Origin: a virus
Reading direction: 5' to 3' (one strand)
IMG/VR virus record: IMGVR_UViG_3300046616_000431
Span: 32,001-96,000 of that record
DNA: 64,000 nt
Shown piece by piece: positions 9,830 to 19,434 of the stretch (position 1 is its first letter; each line of letters starts with the position of its first letter). Below the pieces are notes generated by a model. That model saw only the letters and a program-made list of their open reading frames with translations. It searched no databases and was not told where the DNA came from. A program made the translations under genes and the position numbers.

Positions 9830-10549
9830 TTGACCGAGATCACCTTCCGCTCCGACGTCACCGTCGAGCTGGTCAAGCACACCGCGTCCGACCCCGATGT
9901 CCTCTTCGCCGCCCGCGTCTCCACCGCCGGGGAGCAGTCCCTGGAAGAGATCGGCAAGGACCCGGAGCGCTCCAAGGGCCTGATCAACTACCTGATGCGG
10001 GACCGCCACGGCAGCCCGTTCGAGCACAACTCCATGACGTTCTTCGTCAGCGCACCGATCTTCGTCTTCCGCGAGTTCATGCGCCACAGGGTCGGGTTCA
10101 GCTACAACGAGGAGTCCGGCCGGTACCGCGAGCTGCAGCCGGTCTTCTACGTCCCCGGATGGGATCGCAAGCTCGTCCAGGTCGGCAAGCCGGGCGCGTA
10201 CACCTTCGAGCAGGGCTCGCCCCAGCAGTACCTGTACATGAAGAACTCGATGGAGACTGCGTACAAGCAGGCGTACGCCACCTACCAGGAGATGCTAGCC
10301 GCAGGCATCGCCCGCGAGGTCGCCCGCGCCGCCTTGCCAGTGGGCCTGTTCTCGTCGATGTACGTCACCTGCAACGCGCGCTCCCTGATGCACTTCCTGG
10401 GCCTGCGCACGACCCACCCTGACGCCAAGGTTCCCTCGTTCCCCCAGCGGGAGATCGAGATGGTCGCCGAGCAGATGGAGGCCGCCTGGGCCGAGCTGAT
10501 GCCGCTCACGCACGCCGCCTTCAACAAGAACGGCCGCGTCGCGCCGTAG
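9830..10549 (+). CDS. thyX: FAD-dependent thymidylate synthase
   Basis: HGSPFEH and RHRVGFSYNEESGRY signature; NARSLMHFLGLR; QREI. Confidence 0.97.
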   Translation: MTEITFRSDVTVELVKHTASDPDVLFAARVSTAGEQSLEEIGKDPERSKGLINYLMRDRHGSPFEHNSMTFFVSAPIFVFREFMRHRVGFSYNEESGRYRELQPVFYVPGWDRKLVQVGKPGAYTFEQGSPQQYLYMKNSMETAYKQAYATYQEMLAAGIAREVARAALPVGLFSSMYVTCNARSLMHFLGLRTTHPDAKVPSFPQREIEMVAEQMEAAWAELMPLTHAAFNKNGRVAP

Positions 10550-10566
10550 TATCGCAGCGGACGAGT

Positions 10567-10595
10567 AGCGCCCGGGGTGGGGACCTTCGGGCGCT
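10567..10595 (+). terminator. Terminator after thyX
   Basis: AGCGCCCG../..CGGGCGCT stem followed by TTCT. Confidence 0.6.
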
Positions 10596-10625
10596 TTCTC
10601 GTGTCCGCCTCCAAACACAGCAGGA

Positions 10626-10653
10626 TTGACTTCAGGTACGAATCAGATAAGAT
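10626..10653 (+). promoter_or_regulatory. Housekeeping-sigma-like promoter, probably leaderless transcript
   Basis: TTGACT-N16-TAAGAT; ATG 10662 lies 8 nt downstream with no RBS. Confidence 0.5.
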
Positions 10654-10661
10654 CTGGGTTC

Positions 10662-11003
10662 ATGACGGATATCAAGCGTGTTCGTATGTCCGATGGCAAC
10701 GTGGTCGACGTGGGCGCCGCCAAGGAGCGCATCCGTGAGGGTGCGCCCGAGGGGGACCACGACGCGGTGGCTGACGTGGCTGAGCTGCGTGGCCGCCGAG
10801 GCGCTGAGCAGCTGCACGCCAAGCTCATCCCTGACGCCAGCGACGCCCTTGCGGCGACCATCGAGCGCAGGGGCATCTCCAGGACGGACGCGACCAACCG
10901 GCTCATCCAGATCGGCGCCTTCATCGACGAGAAGCTGAAGGAGGGCTACGACGTCCTCCTCCGCAAGGACGGGCAGCAGGACAAGGAGGTCCACATCGTC
11001 TGA
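10662..11003 (+). CDS. Small putative DNA-binding protein (ribbon-helix-helix-like)
   Basis: LHAKLIPDASDALAATIERRGISRTDATNRLI resembles RHH regulators. Confidence 0.5.
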   Translation: MTDIKRVRMSDGNVVDVGAAKERIREGAPEGDHDAVADVAELRGRRGAEQLHAKLIPDASDALAATIERRGISRTDATNRLIQIGAFIDEKLKEGYDVLLRKDGQQDKEVHIV

Positions 11004-11012
11004 GCCCCTGCA

Positions 11013-11046
11013 CTGTCCGCGCCTCCTCCGCCACCCCAAGGGGTGA
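11013..11046 (+). promoter_or_regulatory. Putative late promoter motif
   Basis: CTGTCC-N19-AAGGGGTGA (consensus). Confidence 0.65.
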
Positions 11047-11060
11047 GCAGAGGAGGCGCC

Positions 11061-11738
11061 GTGCTTGTATCCATGGCCGCGTGGTGGACGAAGGACCCGG
11101 ACGAGCACCACGGGTACGAGCAGATGTGGGACCCGGAGTATCGGCTGCGCGACCCGAACGAGGCGATGGCCGACCGGCGCGGCCGGTATGTGAAGCAGAT
11201 CGCCGACGCCCACGGCGTCGACCACCCCACGGCCACGCAGGCGCTCAAGCACGTCTTCCACCACGTGAACGAGGGGGACCGCGAGGTCGACCCCACCAAG
11301 TACGGCTTCGCCTCGTCGGCGGCCGACCGTAAGGGGCACTACTCGATCCCCACGACCCGCAAGATCATGGACCCCGAGACGTGGAAGCACAGCCCGGTCC
11401 AGGATGTGTCCCTGCATGAGCCGGTCCACGCGACCCAGAACTACGTCAAGCCCAGCCACGTCGCGCACAACCTCTTCCACCCAGGAGAAAAGGCTCCCGA
11501 GTCCGAACCTGACGCCATTGGCGATCCGGACTACCACCCCTCGTGGGGCCAGTTCGAGGACGAGGAGGGCTCTGGGGAGACCTCGCAGGCGGAGCGTGAC
11601 CTGGAGAACCACGCGCGGTTCGTACGGCGCACCAACGGCCGCCTGGAGGTCGCCGACGGCCACCACCGGGTCGCGGCCGACATGCTGCTGGGGAAGTCGC
11701 ACACCCGAGGCCGCGTCGTTCACGAGCGGGACCTGTAG
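11061..11738 (+). CDS. ParB/Srx-fold domain protein
   Basis: C-terminal LEVADGHHRVAA motif; GAGGAGG RBS before GTG 11061. Confidence 0.65.
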   Translation: MLVSMAAWWTKDPDEHHGYEQMWDPEYRLRDPNEAMADRRGRYVKQIADAHGVDHPTATQALKHVFHHVNEGDREVDPTKYGFASSAADRKGHYSIPTTRKIMDPETWKHSPVQDVSLHEPVHATQNYVKPSHVAHNLFHPGEKAPESEPDAIGDPDYHPSWGQFEDEEGSGETSQAERDLENHARFVRRTNGRLEVADGHHRVAADMLLGKSHTRGRVVHERDL

Positions 11739-12466
11739 TGCCGCAGGTAGAGGTCGCCGAGGTCCACCTGGTCGAGCACCCCGACCGCATGATCATGATC
11801 GAGAAGGACCTGCACCCGAACCGGGCGCGGTCGGCGGCCCGGGACGCTGTGCGGCTGGCCCGGCGGGCGATGCCGAAGATGAGCGGCGCGGCGGCGCGCG
11901 GGATGCAGCCGATCTACGGCAAGGGGTACTTCGGGATCTCCTGGGCGACCGAGGTCGTCTGGTACCAGGACCACGGCACGAAGCCCTTCACTATGAAAAA
12001 TCTTGCCGGGAAGACGATCCCGATGTGGATCGACGACCCCACGGGCCAGGAGCGCCGGGACAACCCGAAGGCGAAGACCAGGGTGACGGAGTCCGGCAAG
12101 GTCCAGGTGCTGATCTTCCGGCGGGCCGCGCTGATCGGGCAGCGGAAGAAGGTCTACCGGCGCGACCCGAAGACCGGCCTGAAGGTCCTCGTCTCGGACA
12201 AGCCGATGCACTACCCGGGCGCGCCGGGCCGGATCGCGTGGCGTGAGGCCGCTGCGCCCTGGACGAGGCCGGGCAAGCGGGGCGGTGCGATCCACCCCGG
12301 CAACATCGGCGTCTGGTGGCGGCACCCGGGGATCAAGCCCAGGTCGTTCCTGAACACCTCGATGACGGCCGCAGCGCAGCGGGCCGGGTTGCTGCCGGAG
12401 CGGGTCTACGTGGCCGACAAGGGGTGGCGGAACTACGTCCGCTTGCATGGTGAGGAGTTCCGCTGA
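11738..12466 (+). CDS. Putative neck/tail-completion protein
   Basis: Basic protein with YQDHGTKP...HPGIKPRSFL motifs as in HK97 gp10-like neck proteins; synteny. Confidence 0.6.
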   Translation: MPQVEVAEVHLVEHPDRMIMIEKDLHPNRARSAARDAVRLARRAMPKMSGAAARGMQPIYGKGYFGISWATEVVWYQDHGTKPFTMKNLAGKTIPMWIDDPTGQERRDNPKAKTRVTESGKVQVLIFRRAALIGQRKKVYRRDPKTGLKVLVSDKPMHYPGAPGRIAWREAAAPWTRPGKRGGAIHPGNIGVWWRHPGIKPRSFLNTSMTAAAQRAGLLPERVYVADKGWRNYVRLHGEEFR

Positions 12467-13101
12467 TGTACGTCACCCGGGCCAAGACGCTGCCGATCGA
12501 GGCGCTGCACGCGACATTCGACGACCAGTACCCCGTGGCGGAGTTCCGTGGGCTGCACGCCTCGCTGGAGTACCCGGTGGAGGCCGTCAACCTCCCCGAG
12601 ATCTGGGTGAGGTACACCGACTCCGCGCCGCTGCGTCAGTCCGGCATCGCGCACGTCGAGGACACCCACCCGGTCACCGGCGGCAAGATCCAGCCGTATA
12701 CCCGCTGGCGGTTCGAGGGCTCGTGGGAGTTCGTCGTGATCGCTCTGTCGTCCGTCGAGCGCGACCGCGTTTACGACGAGCTGATCGCCACCATCGCCTG
12801 GTCCGGCTACGACACGCTGCGCGGCCGGTTCCGCCGGTACCTGGAGGGCAACGACCTGCTCGACCTGACGGTCCGGACGGACGAGATCGAGTCGACCGGC
12901 GAGAGCGCCGAGCCGGGCACGCCGTGGGGTACGGACGAGGTCCTCTACGAGCGGACGCTGAACGTCGACCTGATCGGTGACTTCGTCCCGGACCCGGAGA
13001 CCGGTGTCATCGTGCCGCTGTCCCGGATCCAGACCACGCCGACGGTGGACCTCACGCTGGATAACGAGGCGCGGGGCGAGGGCGCCGACGGCTGGCACTA
13101 G
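12466..13101 (+). CDS. Putative tail terminator protein
   Basis: Acidic ~210 aa protein directly before the sheath. Confidence 0.55.
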   Translation: MYVTRAKTLPIEALHATFDDQYPVAEFRGLHASLEYPVEAVNLPEIWVRYTDSAPLRQSGIAHVEDTHPVTGGKIQPYTRWRFEGSWEFVVIALSSVERDRVYDELIATIAWSGYDTLRGRFRRYLEGNDLLDLTVRTDEIESTGESAEPGTPWGTDEVLYERTLNVDLIGDFVPDPETGVIVPLSRIQTTPTVDLTLDNEARGEGADGWH

Positions 13102-13112
13102 GCCCAGACGCG

Positions 13113-13185
13113 CAGAAGCCCCCCGGGCCGCCAAGCACCGAAGGGCTTCTGGTTAGCGAGGGCCGCCAAGCACCTCGCCAAGTTC
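13113..13185 (-). ncRNA. Candidate small RNA with two UUGGCG-loop hairpins
   Basis: Hairpins 13113-13151 and 13156-13178; C/A oppositions on + become G-U pairs on -; TAGGTT -10-like box at 13192-13197 on -. Confidence 0.4.
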
Positions 13186-13208
13186 GAGTTCAACCTACCA
13201 GCGCGCTG

Positions 13209-13242
13209 CTGTCCACCGGTGCCATTCCGCCCCAAGGGGTGA
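13209..13242 (+). promoter_or_regulatory. Putative late promoter motif
   Basis: CTGTCC-N19-AAGGGGTGA upstream of sheath. Confidence 0.65.
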
Positions 13243-13268
13243 CAGCTGACCGACGACTGGTGGGTGGC

Positions 13269-14801
13269 ATGCCCGATATCTCTTCTGCGACGTATACGCC
13301 GCCCGGCGTCTACGTCAGCGACGAATCGACTCCGGCGGTCACCCCTCGCTCGGTGTCGACCTCTACGGTGACCATCATCGGCCCGGCTCTCGGGTACGAG
13401 ACATTTTCCGAGGTAGCGACGGTCTACTCGGCGTCGTCCACGGCGCTGAGCCAGCAGGGCATCTACGCCACTGCGGTCACGGGACCTCCGGCCATCGCCG
13501 CGCCGGTCGTGAAGAACATGGCCGGGGTCGCCATGGTCTACGGCGAGGACTACACGTTCGAGGTCGTGGCCGGGTCCGGTGGCGCCTCGACGGCCGTCAC
13601 GAAGATCAAGCGTCTGTCCGGGACCGTGGGCGACCTGACGGCGCCGTCCCCGAACGGCCTGGTCGACGGCGCGCAGGTGCGCATCACCTACGCCTTCACC
13701 TCGGCCTCGTACTACGAGCCGACGCTGCACGAGGACTACGACCAGATCGTGTCCATGTACGGTCCGGCCCTGGTGTCGACGGCCCCGTCCAGCCCGACGG
13801 CCTCCCAGGTCGCCTCGGCGCTGACCCTGGCGTCGAAGATCGCGCTGGAGAACGGCGCAGCCAACGTGCTGTGTGTGCCGACGAACCCGGCCGCCGGTGA
13901 CTACCGGGCGCAGCTGGCGGCGGCGTACGGGAAGCTGGAGGTCGACTACCGGGCGCAGATCCTGGTCCCGCTGTTCGTGGACGGCGCGTACGACACCAGC
14001 ACGGGCGCGAACATGGCGAACCTGCTGGCTGACGTGAAGAACCACTGTGAGACGGCGGCGGCCGACGGTTACGGCCGGATCGCCTTCACTGGCGCTCCGT
14101 CGAACTACGACAACTCCGTCGGCCATGACGCGCTGGCGATCCAGCAGGCGAGCAGGCGGCTGGTGCTGGCGTACCCGAACCGGATCCTGACCTTCAACTC
14201 GGCGGTGAATGCCTCGACCGAGGTCGACGGCTTCTACCTGGCCGCCGCCATGGCCGGTCGGATCGCGCGGAACCCGGTGGCTCGCGGCCTCACCCGGCAG
14301 TCGCTGACCTCGTTCACCGGCCTGCCCGCCACGGTGGCCCAGGCGATGACGAGGACGTTCCGCAACAACCTCTCGAAATCGGGCCTCAGCGTCGCCGAGA
14401 TCAACCAGGCGAACCAGCTGGTCGTCCGGCACGGCCTGTCCACGCAGATGACGTCGGTCCTGACCCAGGAGATCTCGCTGACCCGGGTCGGCGACACGCT
14501 CCTGCAGATGGTGCAGACCGGCATGGAGAACTCGGGCCTGATCGGCGAGCCGATCAACTCCGAGATGACCACGAACGTCAAGTCTGCGCTGCTGGGCCTG
14601 CTGGAGCAGGCGGTCAGCGACAGTGTCATCGTCTCGTACGCCAACGTCCTGGTGCGCCAGCAGTCGGCGGATCCCTCGGTGATCGAGGCGACCTTCAGCT
14701 ACAAGCCTGCGATCCCGATGAACTTTATCGTGGTCAAGTTCGCGGTGGACCTCACCACGGGCGACACCACGGCCCAGGAGCAGGACACGGCCACCCAGTA
14801 A
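13269..14801 (+). CDS. Tail sheath protein
   Basis: YTPPGVYVSDES N-terminus; YLAAAMAG; VVRHGLST...EIS; C-terminal FSYKPAIPMNFIVVKF. Confidence 0.92.
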   Translation: MPDISSATYTPPGVYVSDESTPAVTPRSVSTSTVTIIGPALGYETFSEVATVYSASSTALSQQGIYATAVTGPPAIAAPVVKNMAGVAMVYGEDYTFEVVAGSGGASTAVTKIKRLSGTVGDLTAPSPNGLVDGAQVRITYAFTSASYYEPTLHEDYDQIVSMYGPALVSTAPSSPTASQVASALTLASKIALENGAANVLCVPTNPAAGDYRAQLAAAYGKLEVDYRAQILVPLFVDGAYDTSTGANMANLLADVKNHCETAAADGYGRIAFTGAPSNYDNSVGHDALAIQQASRRLVLAYPNRILTFNSAVNASTEVDGFYLAAAMAGRIARNPVARGLTRQSLTSFTGLPATVAQAMTRTFRNNLSKSGLSVAEINQANQLVVRHGLSTQMTSVLTQEISLTRVGDTLLQMVQTGMENSGLIGEPINSEMTTNVKSALLGLLEQAVSDSVIVSYANVLVRQQSADPSVIEATFSYKPAIPMNFIVVKFAVDLTTGDTTAQEQDTATQ

Positions 14802-14844
14802 ACCTGGCGTGGCGGGCGCTGACGGGCCGCCTGCCGCGCTTTCG

Positions 14845-14878
14845 AGAGGACCCCGGGGTGAGGGCCCCGGGGTCCTCT
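14845..14878 (+). terminator. Hairpin between sheath and tube
   Basis: AGAGGACCCCGGGG/CCCCGGGGTCCTCT perfect stem. Confidence 0.6.
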
Positions 14879-14879
14879 G

Positions 14880-14914
14880 CTGTCCGCTGCCGTGCTGCCT
14901 GCCGTAGGGGGTGA
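14880..14914 (+). promoter_or_regulatory. Putative late promoter motif
   Basis: CTGTCC-N20-AGGGGGTGA upstream of tube. Confidence 0.65.
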
Positions 14915-14936
14915 GACCTACGGATGGGGTGGTGGC

Positions 14937-15440
14937 ATGCCTGCGGGTAAGGCACGCGTTACCGGCTCCGGCTACTCGACCTTCGTGTACGCCGGTAAGC
15001 CGATCGCATATCTGATCAGCGTGGAGGACTCGGGCCAGCGGGCCTGGTCCGACAAGGGGCAGGCGTACAGCTTCATCCACCCCATGGGGAGCCGGACGCC
15101 GACCGAGATCGCGACGTCCCGAGTCCTTGCGGGCGGGACGCTTCAGCTGACGATCCAGGAGCTGTGGGACCACGCTCACTGGGAGCAGATGGCGGGTCTG
15201 GCCGGGACGAACAACATCGTCGAGATCTTCGACCGGCTCAGCCGGACGGCGAACTACGTGACGGCGCAGACGATCATCAAGCCGCCCGGCACCGAGTCCA
15301 ACCCCTCGAAGTGGCGCGGCAAGATCTACCACAACGTGACGATCGTCGACATCGCGGACGGCGACACGCTCACGGTCGGCGGCCTGGACGTCGCCAAGCC
15401 TGTGGTCGCGGCCTACACGCACTCCTCAAGGCTGCGGTGA
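14937..15440 (+). CDS. Tail tube protein
   Basis: 167 aa beta-rich protein immediately after the sheath. Confidence 0.8.
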   Translation: MPAGKARVTGSGYSTFVYAGKPIAYLISVEDSGQRAWSDKGQAYSFIHPMGSRTPTEIATSRVLAGGTLQLTIQELWDHAHWEQMAGLAGTNNIVEIFDRLSRTANYVTAQTIIKPPGTESNPSKWRGKIYHNVTIVDIADGDTLTVGGLDVAKPVVAAYTHSSRLR

Positions 15441-15444
15441 TCTG

Positions 15445-15975
15445 ATGTCCGACACCTACGGCACCTACGACCCCGCCGACCGGCCGGGGCGCAAGGCCGC
15501 CACGCCGGAGGAATCGACGCTCAAGGCGGAGGACGGCACCGACCTGCCGTCCTTCGACCAGCGGTACACCGAGGCCTTCAAGGGGCTGCTGTACGTCGGT
15601 TCCCTGACCGACCGGTTCAGCTGGCTCGGCCACGAGTTCGTGATCCGGACGCTGGGGGTCGACGAGCAGCTGGCCATCGCCCAGGTCATGAAGCCGTACG
15701 TGGGCACCGGCGGCGGCGAGCAGCTGGCGTACGCCACGGCGCTCGTCTCGCTGGCCGTGGTCTCGGTGGACGGCGAGGAGCTGCCCACGCCGATCGCGGA
15801 GGACGCCAGGCTCGCCGAGTGGGCGCAGATGCGCTTCGCGTACGTCAAGGCGAACTGGTACCAGTACACGATCAACGAGGTGTTCCAGCGGTACCTGAAG
15901 CTGGAGGACACCGCCCAGCAGGTGGTGGAAGCGATGGGAAAAGCCTTCGCCCCGACGGCCTCGACCCCTGGCTAG
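15445..15975 (+). CDS. Tail assembly chaperone (G)
   Basis: Between tube and tape measure; slippery GGGAAAA near the 3' end. Confidence 0.8.
   Translation: MSDTYGTYDPADRPGRKAATPEESTLKAEDGTDLPSFDQRYTEAFKGLLYVGSLTDRFSWLGHEFVIRTLGVDEQLAIAQVMKPYVGTGGGEQLAYATALVSLAVVSVDGEELPTPIAEDARLAEWAQMRFAYVKANWYQYTINEVFQRYLKLEDTAQQVVEAMGKAFAPTASTPG
15936..15942 (+). other. Programmed -1 frameshift site GGGAAAA
   Basis: ATG GGA AAA GCC; the -1 frame stays open to 16385 (GKSLRPDGLDPWLERQ...). Confidence 0.85.
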
Positions 15976-16385
15976 AGAGGCAGCTGAGGCTGGCCGACCG
16001 CCGGGGCGTGTTCCAGCGGGTGCACTTGTCCGAGGTGCAGAGCTTCGGGCTGGAGCTGCTGATCCTGCTGGACGGCTGGGCCGAGAGCGACGCGAAGACC
16101 GAGCAGCGCAACGACCAGCTGCGGATGGCTCTCGTGGCCGCCGGGGAGTCCCCTGCGGACCTCTTCGAGCCGGAGAGCTACGACGACTTCGACCCCGCCG
16201 AGGACGAGGGCCGCGACCTGGACTACTCGGCCGTGGACTGGGCCGAGGAGGCCTCGGTCGACGACTGGGCCCTGCTGCAGCAGGCGCTGGACTCCACCCG
16301 GGTTTCGGTCGAGGGCAGCAGCGAGGGCGAGAAGCCGGACGGGCCTGAGCTGCCGGACGTGGACTTCGATCGGGAGTGGCAGTAA
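15942..16385 (+). CDS. Tail assembly chaperone frameshift extension (G-T; join 15445..15942,15942..16385)
   Basis: Overlapping -1 frame ORF without its own RBS, ending at the tape measure start. Confidence 0.75.
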   Translation, partial: SLRPDGLDPWLERQLRLADRRGVFQRVHLSEVQSFGLELLILLDGWAESDAKTEQRNDQLRMALVAAGESPADLFEPESYDDFDPAEDEGRDLDYSAVDWAEEASVDDWALLQQALDSTRVSVEGSSEGEKPDGPELPDVDFDREWQ

Positions 16386-18580
16386 TGACGACGCCCCCAC
16401 CGGGTAACCCCCAGGGTCTGACCGGTGCCCTGACGCGCCTGACGATGCAGCTGCAGGCGATGCTGCACCAGAACCAGACGCTCAACAACCTGCCGTCGAG
16501 CGCCCGGCAGTACCTGCAGCAGGCCCGCCAGCAGATCGCCAGCCCGGCCGCGCTGCTGGGCGGCCAGGTGCCGCCTCCGGCCGCGCCGACGGCGCAGTGG
16601 ATAAACTCGGCGGCGGCGTCGTTCCTGAGCCAGGTGGTGCTCAACCAGCCGAACCGGGGCACCGGCCAGACCACCACTCCTACGACCCCGGGGCCGACGC
16701 CGCCGACCACGCCGCCGATTCCCCAGATGCCGTTCGGGCCGAGCCCGCTCATGTGGGGGTACCCGGGCGGCCACGGCGGCGGTAGCGGCGGCTACAACGG
16801 CCCCTACCCGGGCCTGTACCCGGGCCCCCTCGTCGCCCCGCAGCACGCCGGTGTGGGTGGCGGCAACGGTGGCGCCTCGACGGGCATCGGCTCCTGGGCC
16901 CGCCAGAGCGCGCCCATGGTCGGCGCGCGCATCGGAGGCCCCTGGGGCGCCGTGGCGGGCGCGGCCGTCGCTGCGTCCACGCAGATCCCGGCCGAGATCC
17001 GCAGCCAGCGCGACAAGAACGCCTACTACCAGTCGATCGAGGGCGGCTCCAACTTCGACGGCTTCGGCGAGCGCATGTCGGAGGAGGCATACCGCTGGTC
17101 GACGTTCGGCGTGCTTTCCTCCGATGAGGCCCGCAAGGCCTTCAAGGGCGTCACGAAGCTGGGCTACAACTCCAAGGTCGAGGGCGGCATCGGCCGCCAG
17201 GACGCGCTCGACTTCGTCTACCACGGCAAGACCCGGCGCGGCGCCTCGGTGGACGAGTCCCTGCAGACCCTGCAGGTGAACAGCAAGAACGCGCTCGGCA
17301 GCCTCAACGACCTCAACGACGCCCTCAACGCGGTGAGCGACAGTGCGGGCAAGGCGGGCATCAACTCGCAGATGGCCCGAGCCGAGTTCACGCAGCTCAT
17401 GGACCAGGCCATCAAGCAGGGCTACGGCTCGTCCGCCTCGGGTGTGGCCGCGCTGGAGCAGAACATCAAGTCCAGCTACGGCCGGTCCTTCCAGGACGTG
17501 GACGTCTCGGGGCGCCTGGGCATCAACCGCGCGTACCTGGCCGCGTCGATGACGGGGACGACCGTCTCTAACTACCTGACGGCCGGGCCGACGGCCAAGG
17601 GGCAGGCCGACTCGGTCGTCGACCAGAACGTGGCCAAGCTCGGCCTGAAGCCGGGCGTCGAGGCGTGGATCAAGCAGCAGATCGCCAAGTCCGGCGGCAA
17701 CGTCAACGAGGGCGTCGAGCAGCAGATCGCCGAGGAGATGCTGCGGAAGTTCTACCCGAACGACCCCATGGCGCTGGCGGCCGTGGTGGGCAGCCTGTCG
17801 GGCATGCCCAGCCTGGCCTCGGACGCGGTCAAGGCGGCTGCCTGGATCGTCAAGCAGTACAACGGCAAGGGCGCTGCCGCCGAGGTGAAGGACCTCACCA
17901 GCGCGGACAAGGCGAAGCTCAAGAAGACCAGCCAGGAAAACAAGGTCTCCACCGGCGTCGGCGAGCTGCAGCGCACCTCCATGGACGACCGGGGGCCGAA
18001 CGCGGGCAAGAGCAAGCTCGGCGACCTCGACCGCGAGCACTCCGGCGGCTTCCTCGGCTTCGGCGGCCACAACTCCGACGCCTACAACGCCTACCAGAGC
18101 TGGCACAAGAAGAACGGCGGCCAGGAGGACCCGGTCGTCTACGCCCTGCTGAACAAGATCCACGGGGACGACAAGACGAAGGTCGCGGTCACCACGAAGG
18201 ACGGCAAGAAGGTCGTCTCTCTGGCCGACGCGATCAAGCGGCACCGCAACGAGCTGGCGTCCGGCAACGCCGTCATCCTCGGCCCGGACGGCGGCAAGGG
18301 CCAGTCGGTCAGGGACCTCCTCGGCAAGGACAAGATCGACCCCCTGCGGGACTACTCCAAGGAGGCCAAGGCCAAGGAGAACTCCGGCGAGTCGTTCGAG
18401 GCCTGGGAGAAGAAGCACACCAAGAAGACGAAGGACGGCGGGAAGCTGGAGATCGGCCTGACGGCCGACGCCCGGCGCCTGCTGACCGTCATGGACTCCA
18501 CCGGCGTCTCCGGCGCCTCGGCGACCGCGTCCCCGCCGCTGAGCCCGTTCCCCTCCAACCCCAGCTACGGCGGGGAGTAG
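16385..18580 (+). CDS. Tape measure protein
   Basis: Follows chaperones; Ala/Gly/Lys-rich helical, GGPWGAVAGAAV motif; 731 aa. Confidence 0.8.
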   Translation: MTTPPPGNPQGLTGALTRLTMQLQAMLHQNQTLNNLPSSARQYLQQARQQIASPAALLGGQVPPPAAPTAQWINSAAASFLSQVVLNQPNRGTGQTTTPTTPGPTPPTTPPIPQMPFGPSPLMWGYPGGHGGGSGGYNGPYPGLYPGPLVAPQHAGVGGGNGGASTGIGSWARQSAPMVGARIGGPWGAVAGAAVAASTQIPAEIRSQRDKNAYYQSIEGGSNFDGFGERMSEEAYRWSTFGVLSSDEARKAFKGVTKLGYNSKVEGGIGRQDALDFVYHGKTRRGASVDESLQTLQVNSKNALGSLNDLNDALNAVSDSAGKAGINSQMARAEFTQLMDQAIKQGYGSSASGVAALEQNIKSSYGRSFQDVDVSGRLGINRAYLAASMTGTTVSNYLTAGPTAKGQADSVVDQNVAKLGLKPGVEAWIKQQIAKSGGNVNEGVEQQIAEEMLRKFYPNDPMALAAVVGSLSGMPSLASDAVKAAAWIVKQYNGKGAAAEVKDLTSADKAKLKKTSQENKVSTGVGELQRTSMDDRGPNAGKSKLGDLDREHSGGFLGFGGHNSDAYNAYQSWHKKNGGQEDPVVYALLNKIHGDDKTKVAVTTKDGKKVVSLADAIKRHRNELASGNAVILGPDGGKGQSVRDLLGKDKIDPLRDYSKEAKAKENSGESFEAWEKKHTKKTKDGGKLEIGLTADARRLLTVMDSTGVSGASATASPPLSPFPSNPSYGGE

Positions 18581-18583
18581 GCC

Positions 18584-19240
18584 ATGGCTCTCGCGTCCCT
18601 GGGCTTCTCCGGCGGCCCGCAGCTCACCTTCCGGATCAACCCCAGCAGCATCAACTGGGGCTTCGACATCCACAGCAGCGTCACCCACACCGTCGGCGGC
18701 CGGGTCGTCCAGATCACCGGCGCGACGCTGCGGGACATGACCGTCACCGGCTACCTCGGCGAAAACCGCAAGGCGGGCGCGTCCCCGGACAGCCTGCCGG
18801 ACCATGCGGGCGTCTCCTGGCGCCTGCACGAGGCGTTCATGGCCCGCTGCCGCCAGATCATGAACCACCAGTCCCGCGACGCCAGCAAGACCGGGAAGAT
18901 GCACGAGCCCGCGATCTTCAACTACCCGCCGAAGGACTGGCGGTGGCAGGTCTACCTCAAGAGCGTCGAAGACCTCGACGGCAACGCCAGCATCGAGCAC
19001 CGCACGGGCAAGTACAGCCACGGCTACAAGCTGACGCTGTTCATCGTCCAGTCCGGCTCGGCCAGCCTGGTCTCCGCCGGTGCGTCCAAGAACGAGATCG
19101 ACGCCGCGCAGGCCAAGGCGATCTCCTCGTACATCGAGCGCATCAGCGAGGGCATCGGCTGGCGCCAGAGCCAGTACAACGGCGGCCTGTCCGACTCAGC
19201 CGCCCAGGAGAGCGACAAGGGCCAGAAGGAGGACAAGTAG
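18584..19240 (+). CDS. Baseplate/tube initiator protein
   Basis: LTFRINPSSI...T.GGRVVQ motif typical of tube-initiator proteins; follows TMP. Confidence 0.6.
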   Translation: MALASLGFSGGPQLTFRINPSSINWGFDIHSSVTHTVGGRVVQITGATLRDMTVTGYLGENRKAGASPDSLPDHAGVSWRLHEAFMARCRQIMNHQSRDASKTGKMHEPAIFNYPPKDWRWQVYLKSVEDLDGNASIEHRTGKYSHGYKLTLFIVQSGSASLVSAGASKNEIDAAQAKAISSYIERISEGIGWRQSQYNGGLSDSAAQESDKGQKEDK

Positions 19241-19434
19241 TGGCTGCAGGCGAACGCGAGTGCATCATCAAGGTGCTGCGCCACATCGCGCCGAGCGAGC
19301 CCACCGGCCGTATCTGGGGACGCAAGCAGTCGGCCGACGGCGGGCAGGGACGAGAGGGCAACCTGTGGGCCGCCGACCCGGAGGACCTTGCCGACCTCAT
19401 CGTCGCCGAGCTGACCCGAGAGCGAGGGTGGTAA
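19240..19434 (+). CDS. Small hypothetical protein
   Basis: GGAGG RBS, GTG overlapping the previous stop. Confidence 0.45.
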   Translation: MAAGERECIIKVLRHIAPSEPTGRIWGRKQSADGGQGREGNLWAADPEDLADLIVAELTRERGW

